From the NCBI GenBank assembly GCA_963843555.1, contig CAWJKV010000003.1, forward strand, positions 229,800-293,799: 64,000 bases of DNA, read 5' to 3'. Each line of letters starts with the position of its first letter. The stretch's first letter is position 1. Origin of the DNA: an uncultured Methanosarcinales archaeon (GTDB lineage: Archaea; Halobacteriota; Methanosarcinia; Methanotrichales; Methanotrichaceae). The translations under genes and the position numbers were made by a program. The notes beneath the pieces were generated by a model. The model saw only the letters and a list, made by a program, of their open reading frames with translations, did not search any database and was not told the origin of the DNA. Positions 19,354 through 31,180 of this stretch are shown here, one piece after another.

Positions 19354-20393
19354 ATGAAACTTATGAAACTGATCTTAGTGGCCATGCTCATTGGCACGAT
19401 GATGCCTGTGGCTCTATCTCAAGGAAGTTATCTCAGTCCCTACATAGGCCAAATATACCCAACCGACTGGCTGGAAGGCGGGTACGTTAGCAGTTTCGAC
19501 CGTTCAACGATGATGGACCCGGGGATAGCTGGCATGGTTCATTGGCTCGACGCTCCTGTTCCATACGTCTCCGGGTACAGTTCCGATGCTTCCTTCTATA
19601 AGCAAATGGTACCGGCCTCGACGTTCTCGCCTTTCAGCAGAGTATTATGGAACCGCAAGTGCACCCATTGGGGGTGAGATAATTAGCGATCCTGTAAGAT
19701 TCGATATCACCCAGGCGACACCATCCAGCGTGTACTACGGAGCCGGCCAGGGTTTGCCTTACTCTCAGTATCTATCCATTGTGCCCTCCAAGACCAATGA
19801 TCTCTGGATCCGGGGGACAAGAAAATTGGACACAGTATCTGGTGAGCCCTGTGGGAATGACTCTGGAGCTGATTGCCGATGTTCCTGGTGGTGGGGTGGG
19901 AAGCTTCTATCATACTATTCAGACGGAAACAAGCCGCCAAGAGTCCAAAATAGTTCAGTTCAACGCAGGCTATAACACCATGAAATTCAATGCTGACCAG
20001 ATAGGAAGACATATCCTATACTTCGTAGCAGGCAACCAGCCGAGCAATGTGGTCATTGTGGATGTGTTTGCCCAGGCGCCGCAGGCTCAGCCTTCTACTT
20101 ATCCTTTGACAGATTCAGCAAATGCTCCGCAGTACTTATCTCCATCACAAATGCCGGCAACAGCGCCTTCTTCTGGAGAAGTGCCAGTGACAATAAGCTA
20201 TCCCAATCCGGGTAGCTTCCAGGTTTACGTCGACGGTGCCTACGTGGGCACTGGCGCAAATGGAGACTTCACCTTCAAAGCCAAAGGTGGCATGTCTCAT
20301 GTGATAAGCATTTGGGATGGCTTCTGGATGTACCAGAAGAGCATTTACTTCGAGAGCGGATTGCCAAAAGTGATCAATGTTGAGGCAATTTAG
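19354..20393 (+). CDS. Secreted Pro/Ser-rich protein with C-terminal PEGA-like beta domain (two frameshifts)
   Basis: Signal peptide MKLMKLILVAMLIGTMMPVALS; three abutting ORFs; FQVYVDGAYVG motif. Confidence 0.6.
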
Positions 20394-20408
20394 CGGTGAA
20401 AATACCGA

Positions 20409-22608
20409 TCAAGAATGTGATGGTTGATACCTGTTCAGCACCTCGGCCAGTTCATTCATTTTTACGGGCTTGGTGATGTAGGCGTCCATCCCGGCACCCA
20501 GACACTTGTCCCGGTCGCCTTCCAGAGCATAGGCAGTGATGGCTATCACCTTCGGCCCATCGACAGGCCAGCGCTGGCGGATAATCCGGGTGGCTTCATG
20601 CCCGTCCATCTCAGGCATTCTCACGTCCATGAGCACAATGTCGTAACGCTGGCGTTCCAGCGCCTGGCATACTTCAATTCCATTAGCAGCCGCGTCCGCG
20701 CTGTAGCCCAGGTGTTTGAGCATCTGCAGAATGACTTTCTGGCTTGATACATTATCCTCGGCCAGGAGTATCCGCAGAGGATTGGCCTCTGCCTTCTTAT
20801 CGACATTGCCGGGCCGGGTTGCTTCTTGAGCATTTCCTCTCGATATGATCTCCATCAACATCTTATGCAGTTGGGACGGCTTGATGGGCGTCGTCAGGTG
20901 GAAGGCATGATTGGCTGGAATACGCCGTCCCAAAGTGGTCAGCATCACCAGTGGCAGAGACTTGTTGTATTTGCTGATCTCCCCGGCCAGAGCCAGGCCA
21001 TCCATATCCGGCATATCCATATCCAGAATGGCCACATCGAAAGCATCTCCTCTCCTGACCCAGTCCAGAGCCTCCTGGCTCAAGGATGCGATCCGAGGAA
21101 CCATGCCCCAGGTGTAGGCATAGGCTCCCAGGATGCGGCGGTTGGTCTTGTTGCCATCGACTATGAGCACATGCTTTCCCACAAGCTCTGGCTGAACTCC
21201 ATTCAAATCAGCGGTCTGCTCTTCAGGAACGGCAACAGCAAGGATAGTGAAATGGAAGGTTGAGCCCTTTCCAGGTCTGCTCTCAACCCAGATCCTGCCT
21301 CCCATCAGCTCCACAAGCTTCTTACTTATGGCCAGACCCAGGCCAGTTCCACCCTCGGAACGAAAGGATAAGGGCTCTACCTGGCTGAAGGATTGGAAGA
21401 GCAGGTCCAGCTTGTCACCGGGAATGCCTATTCCCGTATCCTGAACAGCAAAGTGAATTTCGCGATCATTGCCCTGATTGCGGGACACGGACAGCTTGAC
21501 CTCACCCCTATCTGTAAACCTTATGGCGTTGCTCAGCAGATTGCCCAGGATCTGGCGAAGCCTGGCAGGATCAGAGATGATGTGCCCGGGAACACTGGTG
21601 TCAATGGTGTAAGCCAGGTTCAGACCCTTCTCCACAGCCTTGACGTTTACCAGTTCGAGGGCTTCTTCGATGGTGGACCGGAGGTCGAAGGGCTGCTCCT
21701 CCAGCACCACCCTATTGCTTTCCATCTTGGAGAAATCCAGGATATCGTTTATGACGACCATCAGGGCATCACCGCTGAGCCGGATGGTCTCTACGAAGTC
21801 CTTCTGCTCCTCCGTCAGAGTATCATCATAAAGGAGCAGGCTGGTCATACCTATGACGGAGTTCATGGGCGTGCGAATCTCGTGGCTCATGCTGGCCATG
21901 AAAGCGGATTTGGCCTCGACAGCGACCTCGGCCGCCTCTTTGGCCCTCAATAGATCCAGGTTGATTCTCTCAAGATCTGCCGTTCTCTCCTGAACCCTCT
22001 GCTCCAGATCGTTCTTCAATTGTATCAGAGCCTTTTCGGCAAGCTTTGTCTCGGTTATATCGATGACGGCGATCCGGCACTCTCTCTCTTGCCTTTTCGG
22101 GAGGTCTTCCGTGGCCGTGCCCTTCAAGGCGGGCATAGAATGGAGGCCCATTTTTTTTGAGAAGGAACAATTCGCACATTTGCTTGACAGAGGTCTCAAA
22201 TGCTTTTTGGGAGAAATCTTCAAAAGAAGGACGGTCTTTTGGCGCAACAAACCTCTGGAAACTTTTTTTTGTAAGATTGCGCCTCTCCACGCCGAGGAGA
22301 GTGGCACCCGCCAGATTGGACTCCAGGATCTGCCCTCGCTCATCCAGAGTGAACAATCCGATGGGCGCAAAGTCGTAGAGGTCGGAGTACTTCGCAAACG
22401 CCTCTTCCGCCTCCAGCCTGGCACGCTTCAGCTCCTCGTTCTGCATCTCCAGTTCTATCTGATGGACCTGCAGCTCGTGAACCAGAGCCAGAGCGTTTAT
22501 GCTCTCCTCTTCCCCGGGGTCGAGCTACCTCTTCTATCCTTCAGGCTCTCCTCTGCCAATCTGGCGCAGATCACTTTCATTGTTTAGCTTGGTTTTTTCC
22601 TTCTTCAT
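20409..22608 (-). CDS. PAS-domain hybrid sensor histidine kinase with two receiver domains (frameshifted)
   Basis: [12 protein letters not shown] coil, [17 protein letters not shown]-box, NLLSNA, DTGIG, GGTGLGL and two REC domains. Confidence 0.9.
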
Positions 22609-22612
22609 GACC

Positions 22613-25567
22613 TTACCCGTCTGTAATTGGGGACTGCTCTTTGCGATTCGTGATGTCTTCTATGGCGAGGAGGATAAGCTCTTTACGGGAGGCCTCCTGA
22701 GCAGATGCGTCGTGCATTGAGGAGCATTCTTCTCTTGCCGATGGCTGGAAACTCATGCTCCATCTGGAACCCCTCGATTGGAGTGTTTCTGGGAAGCAGT
22801 TCCTCCAGAAGCTTTCTTAAGGCAGGAATGTTCCACTGCCCGTTTCCGAGATCGTAAAGAGTTTTGCCCTCGGTCTCTTCGGGCGTTACCTGGAACGTCC
22901 GGTAGAATGAGGGATTGGCCGATACAATTTTTAGATCGTTGTTCAGCACCAAAAGCGATTCCCGAACCGTGCGGATTATCCCCTCGGCGTACTCGGCCCG
23001 GTCGATCATGCGCTCCCCCATCCGTTTGAAATCGGTAATGTCGGAAAAGGTGACCACAACTCCGTCGATGATGTTGTCGGTGGTTCGATAGGGAACGATC
23101 CTCATCAGGTACCACGACCCCCTTTGGTCTGCACCTCTATCTCCTTGAAGACCAGCGACTTCAGCACCTCATTTGCATCTCTGGCCAGACCATCGTATTG
23201 CAGGTTGCTGACTATGTCAGTGATCGGACGGCCTATGTCGCTCTGTATCAGACTGATTATCTTCGTCGCATACGGCGTGAACCTTTTGATTTTGAGGTTG
23301 TTGTCCAGGAATAATGTCGGAACTTGCGTGCTGTCGAGGAGGTTCTTCACATCGTTGTTGATCTCCGAGAGCTCTTCATTCTTAGACTGCAGCTCATAAT
23401 TGAGGGTTGTCAGCTCCTCATTGAGGGATTGAAGCTCCTCTTTGGAGGTAACCATCTCTTCATTGGTGCTCTGCATCTCCTCATTGGTCGATTGAAGCTC
23501 CTCGTTCGCGGATTTCAGCTCTTCCTGGCTGGTCTCCATCTCTTCGACGACGGTCTGAAGGTGCTCCTTCGTGTACTGTAGCTCCTTTTCGAGCTCTTCG
23601 TTGATGACCTTCAGCCGGGAAGTGGATCTTGATTTTCCACGGGCTGATCGAGCCCCTTCGACGGGCATGGCTACATCCTCGAACAGGACTATCATCAGCC
23701 CGCGCATCACATCTGGCTTGTCGAAAGGAGTGACTGTGAGGTTGATGGTCTGCAAGGCCCCATTCGTCATAACCCTCAGTCCCTCAATAGTTATCTTCCT
23801 CTTCTCGGCCTTTGCTTTGCGGATGGCGATTCCCAGCTCCGCCCTCAACCCCTCGCGGGCCATGGCGTAGATGTTCATGTTTGCTTTCCCAACAGGCGGT
23901 TCCAGATACTTCCCGGTTTGCCGGGTCAGGTAGAGGATATCTCCCAGGTCATTGATGAGCACAACCGGAGGAGCGATGGTCTGGAGGATGAGAGTTTGGG
24001 CCGTCTCGATGATGCTGGCACTTGGGCCTCTTGGTTCTGCTTTCGGCTTCTGCATTTGGTCTTCATAGGGGAGAGGCAAGGTGGGGAATTCGACCAGTGA
24101 CCTGCGGGCGACTAGATTTTCCCTGCGTTCGAAGAGCTTCCATTTGTTGTCCAGAGGGAGAAGAGGTCTGTGAAGCCTCCAATGGATTCCGATGAGCCGA
24201 GGAGGAGAAGGCCTCCGGGATTCAGGGTGTAATGGAATAACGGCATCAGCTTCTTTTGCGTCTCAGGGCTCAGGTAGATGAGAAGATTTCGGCAACTGAG
24301 CAGATCCAGCCTGGTGAATGGAGGGTCCGTGAGAACGTTCTGCTGCGCAAAGACGATCATCTCCCGGATCTCGCTTCTGATGCGGTAACACTGCTGTCTT
24401 CTTTTATGAAAAACCGCTGCAAACGCTCCTCGGATACGTCCTGGGCGATGTTGGCAGGGTAAGTTCCAGTGCGAGCTATGTCAATGGCCTCTTTGTCTAT
24501 GTCGGTGGCGTAGATCTGGATCTTGAAATTGCCTTTCGGCCTTTGCTCATCCAGGCATTCTCTGAAGACGATGGCAATGGAGTATGCCTCTTCGCCGGTG
24601 GAGCATCCGACCACCCAGACGCGGATGGTCTCTTTTCCGTTCTTGCTCTTCAAGAGACGCGATTTGAGTTTATCTTTCAGGGCTTCATAGGAATCCGGTT
24701 CCCTGAAAAAGCTGGTCACGCCGATGAGGAGCTCTTTGAAGAGCAGATCGATCTCATGAGAATTTTCAGACAGGTAACGAACATACTGATTAATATTGCT
24801 GATTTGATGGATATTCAACCGCCTTTCAATACGGCGGTTAACAGTGCTCTTCTTGTAGAGGCTGAAGTCATTTCCGGTTTGAGCCCGGAGAAGGGCAAAT
24901 ATCTTGTTCAGTGCGCCGGTAGTCTTCTTTTCCGCAGCATCGGCAGCCTTCTGGTCAGGCTGGGAGAGTGATTCACATAGCTTTGCAGCCTGGCCGGCAG
25001 CTCATTCACCGGAGCCACAATATCGGCAATGCCCGTATTGATGGCGCTCTGGGGCATTCCGTCGTACTTGGCCGAGCTTATGTCCTGCACCATCACCAAA
25101 CCCATCTTCTCTTTGATGGCCTTCAGGCCTAAAGTCCCGTCCGTACCCATTCCGGAGAGGATGATGCCGATGCCCAACTCCTTCTGGTCATCGGCCAGGT
25201 GCCTGAAGAAGAAGTCGATGGGCATCCGAAATCCTCTGGGCATGGAAGGCTCCAGAAGCTGAAGGGTTCCGTGCATGATGGACATGTCCTTATTGGGCGG
25301 AATCACATAGACAGAGTTCGGCAGGACCTTCATCCCATCCGCTACCTCAATTACCTTCATGGTGGTGACACGCTGGAGCAGCTCGGCCAGGAGAGCCTTA
25401 TGTGTTGGGTCGAGATGAGAGACCAGCACAAAGGCCATTCCGGTGTCAACTGGCATGTTGCGGAAGAACTCTTCAAATGCCTCCAGAGAACCGGCCGACC
25501 CGCCGATTCCTGCGATGTAGAAAGGCTTCTTTCGTTTTTTCTCAATTTTGAGACTATCGGAAGGCAT
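22613..25567 (-). CDS. CheB-CheR fusion with coiled coil and PAS domains (several frameshifts)
   Basis: GIGGSAG, SHLDP, ILSGMGTDG (CheB); GVTSFFR, WVVGCSTGEEAYS, YATDID, SCRNLLIY (CheR); EELQSTNEE heptads; PAS. Confidence 0.9.
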
Positions 25568-25849
25568 GTCTATCGCACCAGTGCAACTCATCATTAATTT
25601 GATTTCGACCCGTGATTGGAAGAGAGAAGAGCCATAGTCCCAAAAAGGAAGCTTCGATATGGCAATCGGCACCGCACGCTTGCACCAATTGCGTCCGTAG
25701 CCGCCTCACCACTTTGTGGATTTTGGGATTAATTCTAGCTTTGGGCGCAATAGATAACGGCTTTAGTATAAGAATTTATTTAAGAACCTATACTTAAAAG
25801 ATACAAAGAGGGAAAATTAAAAAGAGATTTTACTTTTATGAAGCTTTAC

Positions 25850-25966
25850 TCACAGGTATCGAGAAGGCTCTTTTTTCTTGCCGCCCCTCTTGTCTCCAAG
25901 CTTAATGGGCTCGACCTTCACTTCTGTCTCTTCCTTTTTCTCTTTCTTTTCTTCGTGGTGTGTCAT
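25850..25966 (-). CDS. Small highly charged protein (38 aa), not in ORF track
   Basis: ATG preceded by GAGGA; MTHHEEKKEKKEETEVKVEPIKLGDKRGGKKKEPSRYL* (the C-terminus may be affected by an A-run indel). Confidence 0.5.
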   Translation of the reverse strand: MTHHEEKKEKKEETEVKVEPIKLGDKRGGKKKEPSRYL

Positions 25967-26083
25967 TTCATTCCTCAATCTATTATTGCAGCTGATCTTA
26001 AATATATCTTCCGGTGAGCATCATTCGCGCAATCGTTAGCGAATTTGATCATAAAAAAGTGAATTTGAATTTCATCCCAGGAC

Positions 26084-27247
26084 TCAGGTGCCCTTCTGCT
26101 CCAGAATACAGGTGGGGTCCTCTGCCAGCAGGTCACCGTGATAGTAGTAGGCTTTCTGGCGGCATCCACCACATAGTTCCAGATAGTCGCATTTTCCGCA
26201 TGCTCCTTTGAGGCTGGATTTGATCTCTCGCAGTGCTTGCAGCTCGGCAATAGGATGATCGATCCAGATGTCCCGGAAAGAGCGCTCCCGGACGTTGCCC
26301 ACCACGACCTGGGGCATGAAGTGGCAGGGATGGACATCTCCCTGGTGGTTGATGTTGGCCACCTTCACCCCGGTCGAGCAGCCGCCTGCATTGGTCAGAA
26401 GCTTTCGCACGTACTCCTGACGGATAGGGTCATCCTTTAACAGCTCCAGCAGATAGGCTCCATCCATGGGTGAATCCGTGGTCAGGATCTCGATATTCCG
26501 ATCTTTCAGCTCCACTGCGGCCTCTGCCAGCAGGCGGATAACGCTGCGACGCTGCTCAGGCGTGACGTCCCTGTCGGCCATCCCCGCTCCCCGGCCCGTA
26601 GGGACGAGGTGATAGAGACAGAATCGAGGAATATTCTCCGCCACGGCCAGGTTGAGCAGAGCCGGGACATCCTGCCAATTGTCGCGGGTTAAGGTTATGC
26701 GCAGGCCCGTCTTGAGGCCGGCATCACGGGCGTTCTTCAAGCCCTGCAAAGCCCGGGCATAGGCTCCGGAGACGCCCCGGAACTCGTCGTGGCGCTCGGG
26801 CCTTGCCGAGTCCAGGCTCACTCCCACGTACCTGATCCTGGCCTCGGCCAGAAGCCTGGCCACTTCAGGAGTTATCAGGGTTCCATTGGTGGAGATGACG
26901 GTGCGCAGGCCCACTTCGCGGGCGTGGAAGGCCAGAGCGTAGAAGTTGCGGCTGAGGAGGGGCTCTCCGCCGGTGAATATGAGGATGGGTATTTCGAGCT
27001 TGGCGAGGTCGTCCACCAGATGAATGCCCTCTTCCAGAGTCATCTCGTCGCTGGCCTCGTGGCTGGCATCCATGTAGCAATGCTGGCAGGCCAGGTTGCA
27101 GCGCCTTGTCAAATTCCACATCACTACTGGTTTTGTCTGGGCGGAGAACCTGAGCAGATCGGCGGGCAGATTCTGGCAGGATTCGCTTGCCCTGAGGGCC
27201 TCCCACACTGTGGCCTGATCGGCCAGCGCTTTGGAAAATATGATCAT
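26084..27247 (-). CDS. ahbC: Radical SAM/SPASM heme biosynthesis protein (AhbC/NirJ1-like)
   Basis: KPVVMWNLTRRCNLACQHCY, FTGGEPL and SPASM cysteines; last gene of the hem operon. Confidence 0.8.
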   Translation of the reverse strand: MIIFSKALADQATVWEALRASESCQNLPADLLRFSAQTKPVVMWNLTRRCNLACQHCYMDASHEASDEMTLEEGIHLVDDLAKLEIPILIFTGGEPLLSRNFYALAFHAREVGLRTVISTNGTLITPEVARLLAEARIRYVGVSLDSARPERHDEFRGVSGAYARALQGLKNARDAGLKTGLRITLTRDNWQDVPALLNLAVAENIPRFCLYHLVPTGRGAGMADRDVTPEQRRSVIRLLAEAAVELKDRNIEILTTDSPMDGAYLLELLKDDPIRQEYVRKLLTNAGGCSTGVKVANINHQGDVHPCHFMPQVVVGNVRERSFRDIWIDHPIAELQALREIKSSLKGACGKCDYLELCGGCRQKAYYYHGDLLAEDPTCILEQKGT

Positions 27248-28716
27248 TTTGATTGCTCCTGCTCCCTCTTGGCCAGGGCCCGAAGCATGGCCTCAAAAGT
27301 GAATTTCTCGGGCACACTGTCCACTCTTACCCCCAGCCGGTCGAGCTCCTCACAGGTCGGTTTGCCGATGGCAGCCACAGTGGCACCCCTCAGAGCTTCG
27401 CGTAGCTCCGGCTCCAGCCCCAGGGCTCTGGCCCTCTCCAGCAGATTTCGGGCCGTAGAGGAGCTGGTGAAGGCAAAGATGTCCACGCTCCTCGCCCTCT
27501 TTATCAATTCGTCCAGCCTGACGTCCCCAGAGTTTACGACGTCATATAGGGGAATGTCGTCTACCTGAAGCCCGGCGGCCTTCAAACCCGCGGAGAGGTA
27601 CTGGCTCCCTTGAGCGCTGCGCAGAAAGAGAATTCTGCGAGATTGGCCTTTCAGCATCCTCTCCAATCCCGCTGAGCTGTACTCCAGAGGCACCTCAGAC
27701 TTCAGACCATATCCGGCCAGGGCCTGCTCTGTCTTGGGTCCAATGGCGACAATTCTCTTCTCTCTCAGGGCACTCTGGATGGTCTGGTCTTTCAGGGCGG
27801 TCTTCACTCCGTTGGCGCTGGTGAAGACCACGCATTCCGCATCATTCAGCCTCCTCTGCAGATCTTCGGGCAGGGGCTTTTCCAAAATTGCGATTGCAGG
27901 AGCCATAATCGCCTGAAAGCCAAAGAGCTCTGCCTGCCTTGCCGACTCCGCCTGTTGGCCCTCAGGCCGGAGGATGGCGATCTTCTTGTGCCCCAGAGTC
28001 GGGGCCAACCGGACCACATCGCCCACCACCAATATGGCGGGCGACTCGATTTGCAGTGATCTTGCTTTTTCTGCTATGTCGGCCAGAGTTCCGCATATGG
28101 TTCTCTGCTCAGGCCAGCCTCCCTTCTCCACCATGGCCGCAGGCGTCTGGGGCGATTTGCCTGCCTCGATGAGGGCAGCGATATTCTGCTCCAGGCGGGA
28201 TACCCCCATCAGAACAACAAGAGTTCCATCCAGTCCTGCAATGGCCCTCCAGTCCAAAGGCGCATCCTTTCCCGGCTCCTCGTGGCCGGTGACGACTGTA
28301 AGCGAAGATGCCAGGCCGCGGTGAGTTACGGGAATTCCGGCCAGCTCCGGCGCTGCGATGGCTGAGGTTACGCCCGGAACAACCTCAAAAGGTATGCCCT
28401 TTTCCCGGCAGGCAATTGCCTCTTCGCCACCCCGGCCGAAGAGGTAAGGGTCGCCACCCTTCAGGCGAACCACAATGTTGCCCTCTTCTGCCTTCTTGAT
28501 GAGCAGCTGGTTGATGCCTTCCTGGTTCAGCTTATGCCTTCCTGCATTCTTGCCCACATCGATCAATTCCGCTTTGACTCCTTCCAGCGCCTTTGGATCG
28601 AGCAGCCGGTCGAACAATACGACGTCTGCTTCCATTAACAATCGTCTGGCCTTTATGGTCATGAGCTCGGGATCACCGGGACCTGCTCCCACCAGATAAA
28701 CCTTACCGATCGCCAA
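27244..28716 (-). CDS. cobA: Uroporphyrinogen-III C-methyltransferase / uroporphyrinogen-III synthase fusion
   Basis: VYLVGAGPGDPEL, RLKGGDPYLFGRGGEE; HemD motifs FTSANGV and FTSSST. Confidence 0.93.
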   Translation of the reverse strand: MAIGKVYLVGAGPGDPELMTIKARRLLMEADVVLFDRLLDPKALEGVKAELIDVGKNAGRHKLNQEGINQLLIKKAEEGNIVVRLKGGDPYLFGRGGEEAIACREKGIPFEVVPGVTSAIAAPELAGIPVTHRGLASSLTVVTGHEEPGKDAPLDWRAIAGLDGTLVVLMGVSRLEQNIAALIEAGKSPQTPAAMVEKGGWPEQRTICGTLADIAEKARSLQIESPAILVVGDVVRLAPTLGHKKIAILRPEGQQAESARQAELFGFQAIMAPAIAILEKPLPEDLQRRLNDAECVVFTSANGVKTALKDQTIQSALREKRIVAIGPKTEQALAGYGLKSEVPLEYSSAGLERMLKGQSRRILFLRSAQGSQYLSAGLKAAGLQVDDIPLYDVVNSGDVRLDELIKRARSVDIFAFTSSSTARNLLERARALGLEPELREALRGATVAAIGKPTCEELDRLGVRVDSVPEKFTFEAMLRALAKREQEQSK

Positions 28717-29638
28717 AAACCTTCACCGCCTCTTCCACCAGCTCTCGCCCACCCATCTTCATGAGCCTCTGTCCCATAGCCGCCGCCAGACTCAGATAAT
28801 CATCTTCTATTGAGATCAACTCATTCACTCGCACAAACCTCTTGCCGTCCAGAGAGAGAACCTCTGCCAGAACTCGCGCCTCGCCTTCATAAACATCGGC
28901 ATGAACGGCCATGGGCACAATGCAGCCTCCGCCAACGGTCTCCAGGATCTGGCGTTCGATCATGGTCTCCGTCCTGGTGTGCATATCATCCAGCGATTGG
29001 GAATAAATTTCGGCCTTAGATCCCTTTTTGGCCACTACTATTATCGTTCCCTGGTTGGCGGATGGAACGAACCGATCACCGTCCAGCCGCTCGTAATCCA
29101 GGTCCAGGCCCATGCGCTGCAGACCGGCCTCGGCCATGACTATGGCATCGTAGTCGCCATTGTTTAACTTGCGCAACCTGGTCTGCAGATTTCCGCGCAG
29201 GCTTTTTACTTCCAGATCGGGCCGGGCCCGGCGCAGCTGTGCTGTTCGCCGCATGCTCGAGGTACCAATAATCGCCCCCTCTTTCAGCTCTTCCAGCGTT
29301 TGAGCCCGATCGTTCCGGCTCAGCAGAGCATCATAGGGCGAGTCGCGCTTCAAGATGGCAGAGATGGTCAGCTCCTCCGGCCTTTTGGTGGGAAGGTCCT
29401 TCATGCTGTGCACAGCCAGATCGATCTCGCCGGAGAGCATGCGTTCGTCTATCTCTGCCACGAAGACCCCGAATCCGCTGAGCTGGTGCAAAGGCTTGTC
29501 CAGGAAGACGTCCCCGCTTGTCTTCACTTTCCGTAGCTCCATCTCTATGCCCAGCGGCTTCATTCCATCCAGCACAATCTCCGTCTGGCGCAGGGCCAGA
29601 GGGCTGCCCCGGCTCCCTACTATCAGCTTTTCAGGCAG
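28703..29638 (-). CDS. hemC: Hydroxymethylbilane synthase (start approximate)
   Basis: Frame extends upstream to [40 protein letters not shown] and GGGCIVP. Confidence 0.93.
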   Translation of the reverse strand: MPEKLIVGSRGSPLALRQTEIVLDGMKPLGIEMELRKVKTSGDVFLDKPLHQLSGFGVFVAEIDERMLSGEIDLAVHSMKDLPTKRPEELTISAILKRDSPYDALLSRNDRAQTLEELKEGAIIGTSSMRRTAQLRRARPDLEVKSLRGNLQTRLRKLNNGDYDAIVMAEAGLQRMGLDLDYERLDGDRFVPSANQGTIIVVAKKGSKAEIYSQSLDDMHTRTETMIERQILETVGGGCIVPMAVHADVYEGEARVLAEVLSLDGKRFVRVNELISIEDDYLSLAAAMGQRLMKMGGRELVEEAVKVFGDR

Positions 29639-30891
29639 GAGCGAAACGCCTCCAGAGTGGTTTCAATTACGACGTCGGAATGTGCAGCGGATATGAAATC
29701 CGTCTCGTACTGGCTGGGGGTGAGGAATATGCCCATTTTGAGCATGCGGCGGAAGAAGGCCAGATAGGCCAATTTATCGCATTGCAGAGCCTCGGCATAG
29801 TTATGCGGCTCCGGACCGAAGAATATCTTGAACATGGAGGCGATGCCGACCACGCTGTAGTCCAGTCTCAGTTCGTCCACCATCTCTTGCAGCCTTTTTC
29901 GCATCTCGTTTCCGGTGTTGTTCAGCTTTGCCAGGACGTTCTCCTTTTCCAGGACATCCAGTGTGGCCATGCCGGAAGCCAGTGAGACCGGACTGCCGTT
30001 GAAGGTTCCTGCCTGGTAGATGCCGCCGCTGGGCGCCACCTGCTCCATCAGATCGCGGCGGCCGCCAAAGACGCCCACCGGAAATCCTCCGCCGATGATC
30101 TTGCCCAGAGTCGTCAGATCGGGCTTGACGCCAAAGAGCTCCTGCGCTCCGCCCAGGGACAACCGGAAGCCGGTTATGACCTCGTCGAAGATAAGCAGGA
30201 CACCGTGCTCGCGGGTTAGCCGCCGCGCAGCCTGAAGATAATCCTTCTCCGGCAGCACGGGACCGATGTTCCCCATAACGGGCTCCATGATCAGGCAGGC
30301 GATCTGGTCCGGGAAGTTCTTTAAGACCTTTTCCAGGGCATCCAGATCGTTGTAGGGCACCTGCAAAGTGTTCTTGGCCGTGTCCACCGGTACCCCTCGC
30401 GAGTCCGGGATTCCCAACGTTGTGGCTCCCGAGCCCGCCTTCACGAGAACGCTGTCATGGGCACCGTGAAATCCGCCTTCGATCTTGATGATCTTATCCC
30501 GGCCGGTATTGCCGCGCGCCACGCGTATGGCGGCCATGGTGGCCTCGGTGCCTGTGCTCACGAATCGGAGCTGCTCCATGCTGGGGTAGAGGCCGGAGAT
30601 CCTCTCTGCCAGCCGGACCTCCAGTTCCGAGGGCGTTCCATAAAGCCAGCCGCGACTCATCTGGTCCGTGACTGCCTGAATGATGGCCGGGTGGCGATGG
30701 CCCAGGATCATGGGGCCATAAGCCAGACAGTAATCGATGAATCTGTTCCCGTCGCTATCCCATAGATACGGGCCGTCAGCTTTGGCCGTGTAAAAGGGAT
30801 AGGGCGAGATGGCGCGCACCGGGCTGGAGACGCCTCCGGGCATGATCCTTTGGGCTCGATCGAAGAGCTTGATGGATGAGTCAAAACGCAT
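29623..30891 (-). CDS. hemL: Glutamate-1-semialdehyde 2,1-aminomutase
   Basis: [28 protein letters not shown] and YQAGTFNG. Confidence 0.95.
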   Translation of the reverse strand: MRFDSSIKLFDRAQRIMPGGVSSPVRAISPYPFYTAKADGPYLWDSDGNRFIDYCLAYGPMILGHRHPAIIQAVTDQMSRGWLYGTPSELEVRLAERISGLYPSMEQLRFVSTGTEATMAAIRVARGNTGRDKIIKIEGGFHGAHDSVLVKAGSGATTLGIPDSRGVPVDTAKNTLQVPYNDLDALEKVLKNFPDQIACLIMEPVMGNIGPVLPEKDYLQAARRLTREHGVLLIFDEVITGFRLSLGGAQELFGVKPDLTTLGKIIGGGFPVGVFGGRRDLMEQVAPSGGIYQAGTFNGSPVSLASGMATLDVLEKENVLAKLNNTGNEMRKRLQEMVDELRLDYSVVGIASMFKIFFGPEPHNYAEALQCDKLAYLAFFRRMLKMGIFLTPSQYETDFISAAHSDVVIETTLEAFRSCLKS

Positions 30892-31180
30892 TGGAAGAGC
30901 ACCTCGTTTTGTCAGATTAATCAAACTTGCGATTCGTCCGATGAGATCTGCAGACACGCTTCGTCTTTATGCGATCGGGAGCTATTCCGCATCCGGCTTT
31001 CGTCTTTCGGTCTCAGCTACTATTATTATTTTCAAAAGGTTTATATAATAGTAGCAACAATCTTAACTGTATTAGTATCATCAAACAGTAATGATGATTA
31101 ATGCAGTTGAAGAAGCGCGAGTAAGTTGTAGGGCTTCAGAGAAATAAAAAGAAAAAATATATTAGAAGGGATGGCACGAT

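Noticed and set aside
23380..23560. Repeated gctc/ctcattg units as a repeat array
   Set aside because: They encode the EELQSTNEE coiled-coil heptads of the CheBR protein.
25850..27247. RiPP system (radical SAM/SPASM plus small peptide)
   Set aside because: The enzyme is AhbC-like and translationally coupled to the hem operon; the peptide has no evident precursor features.
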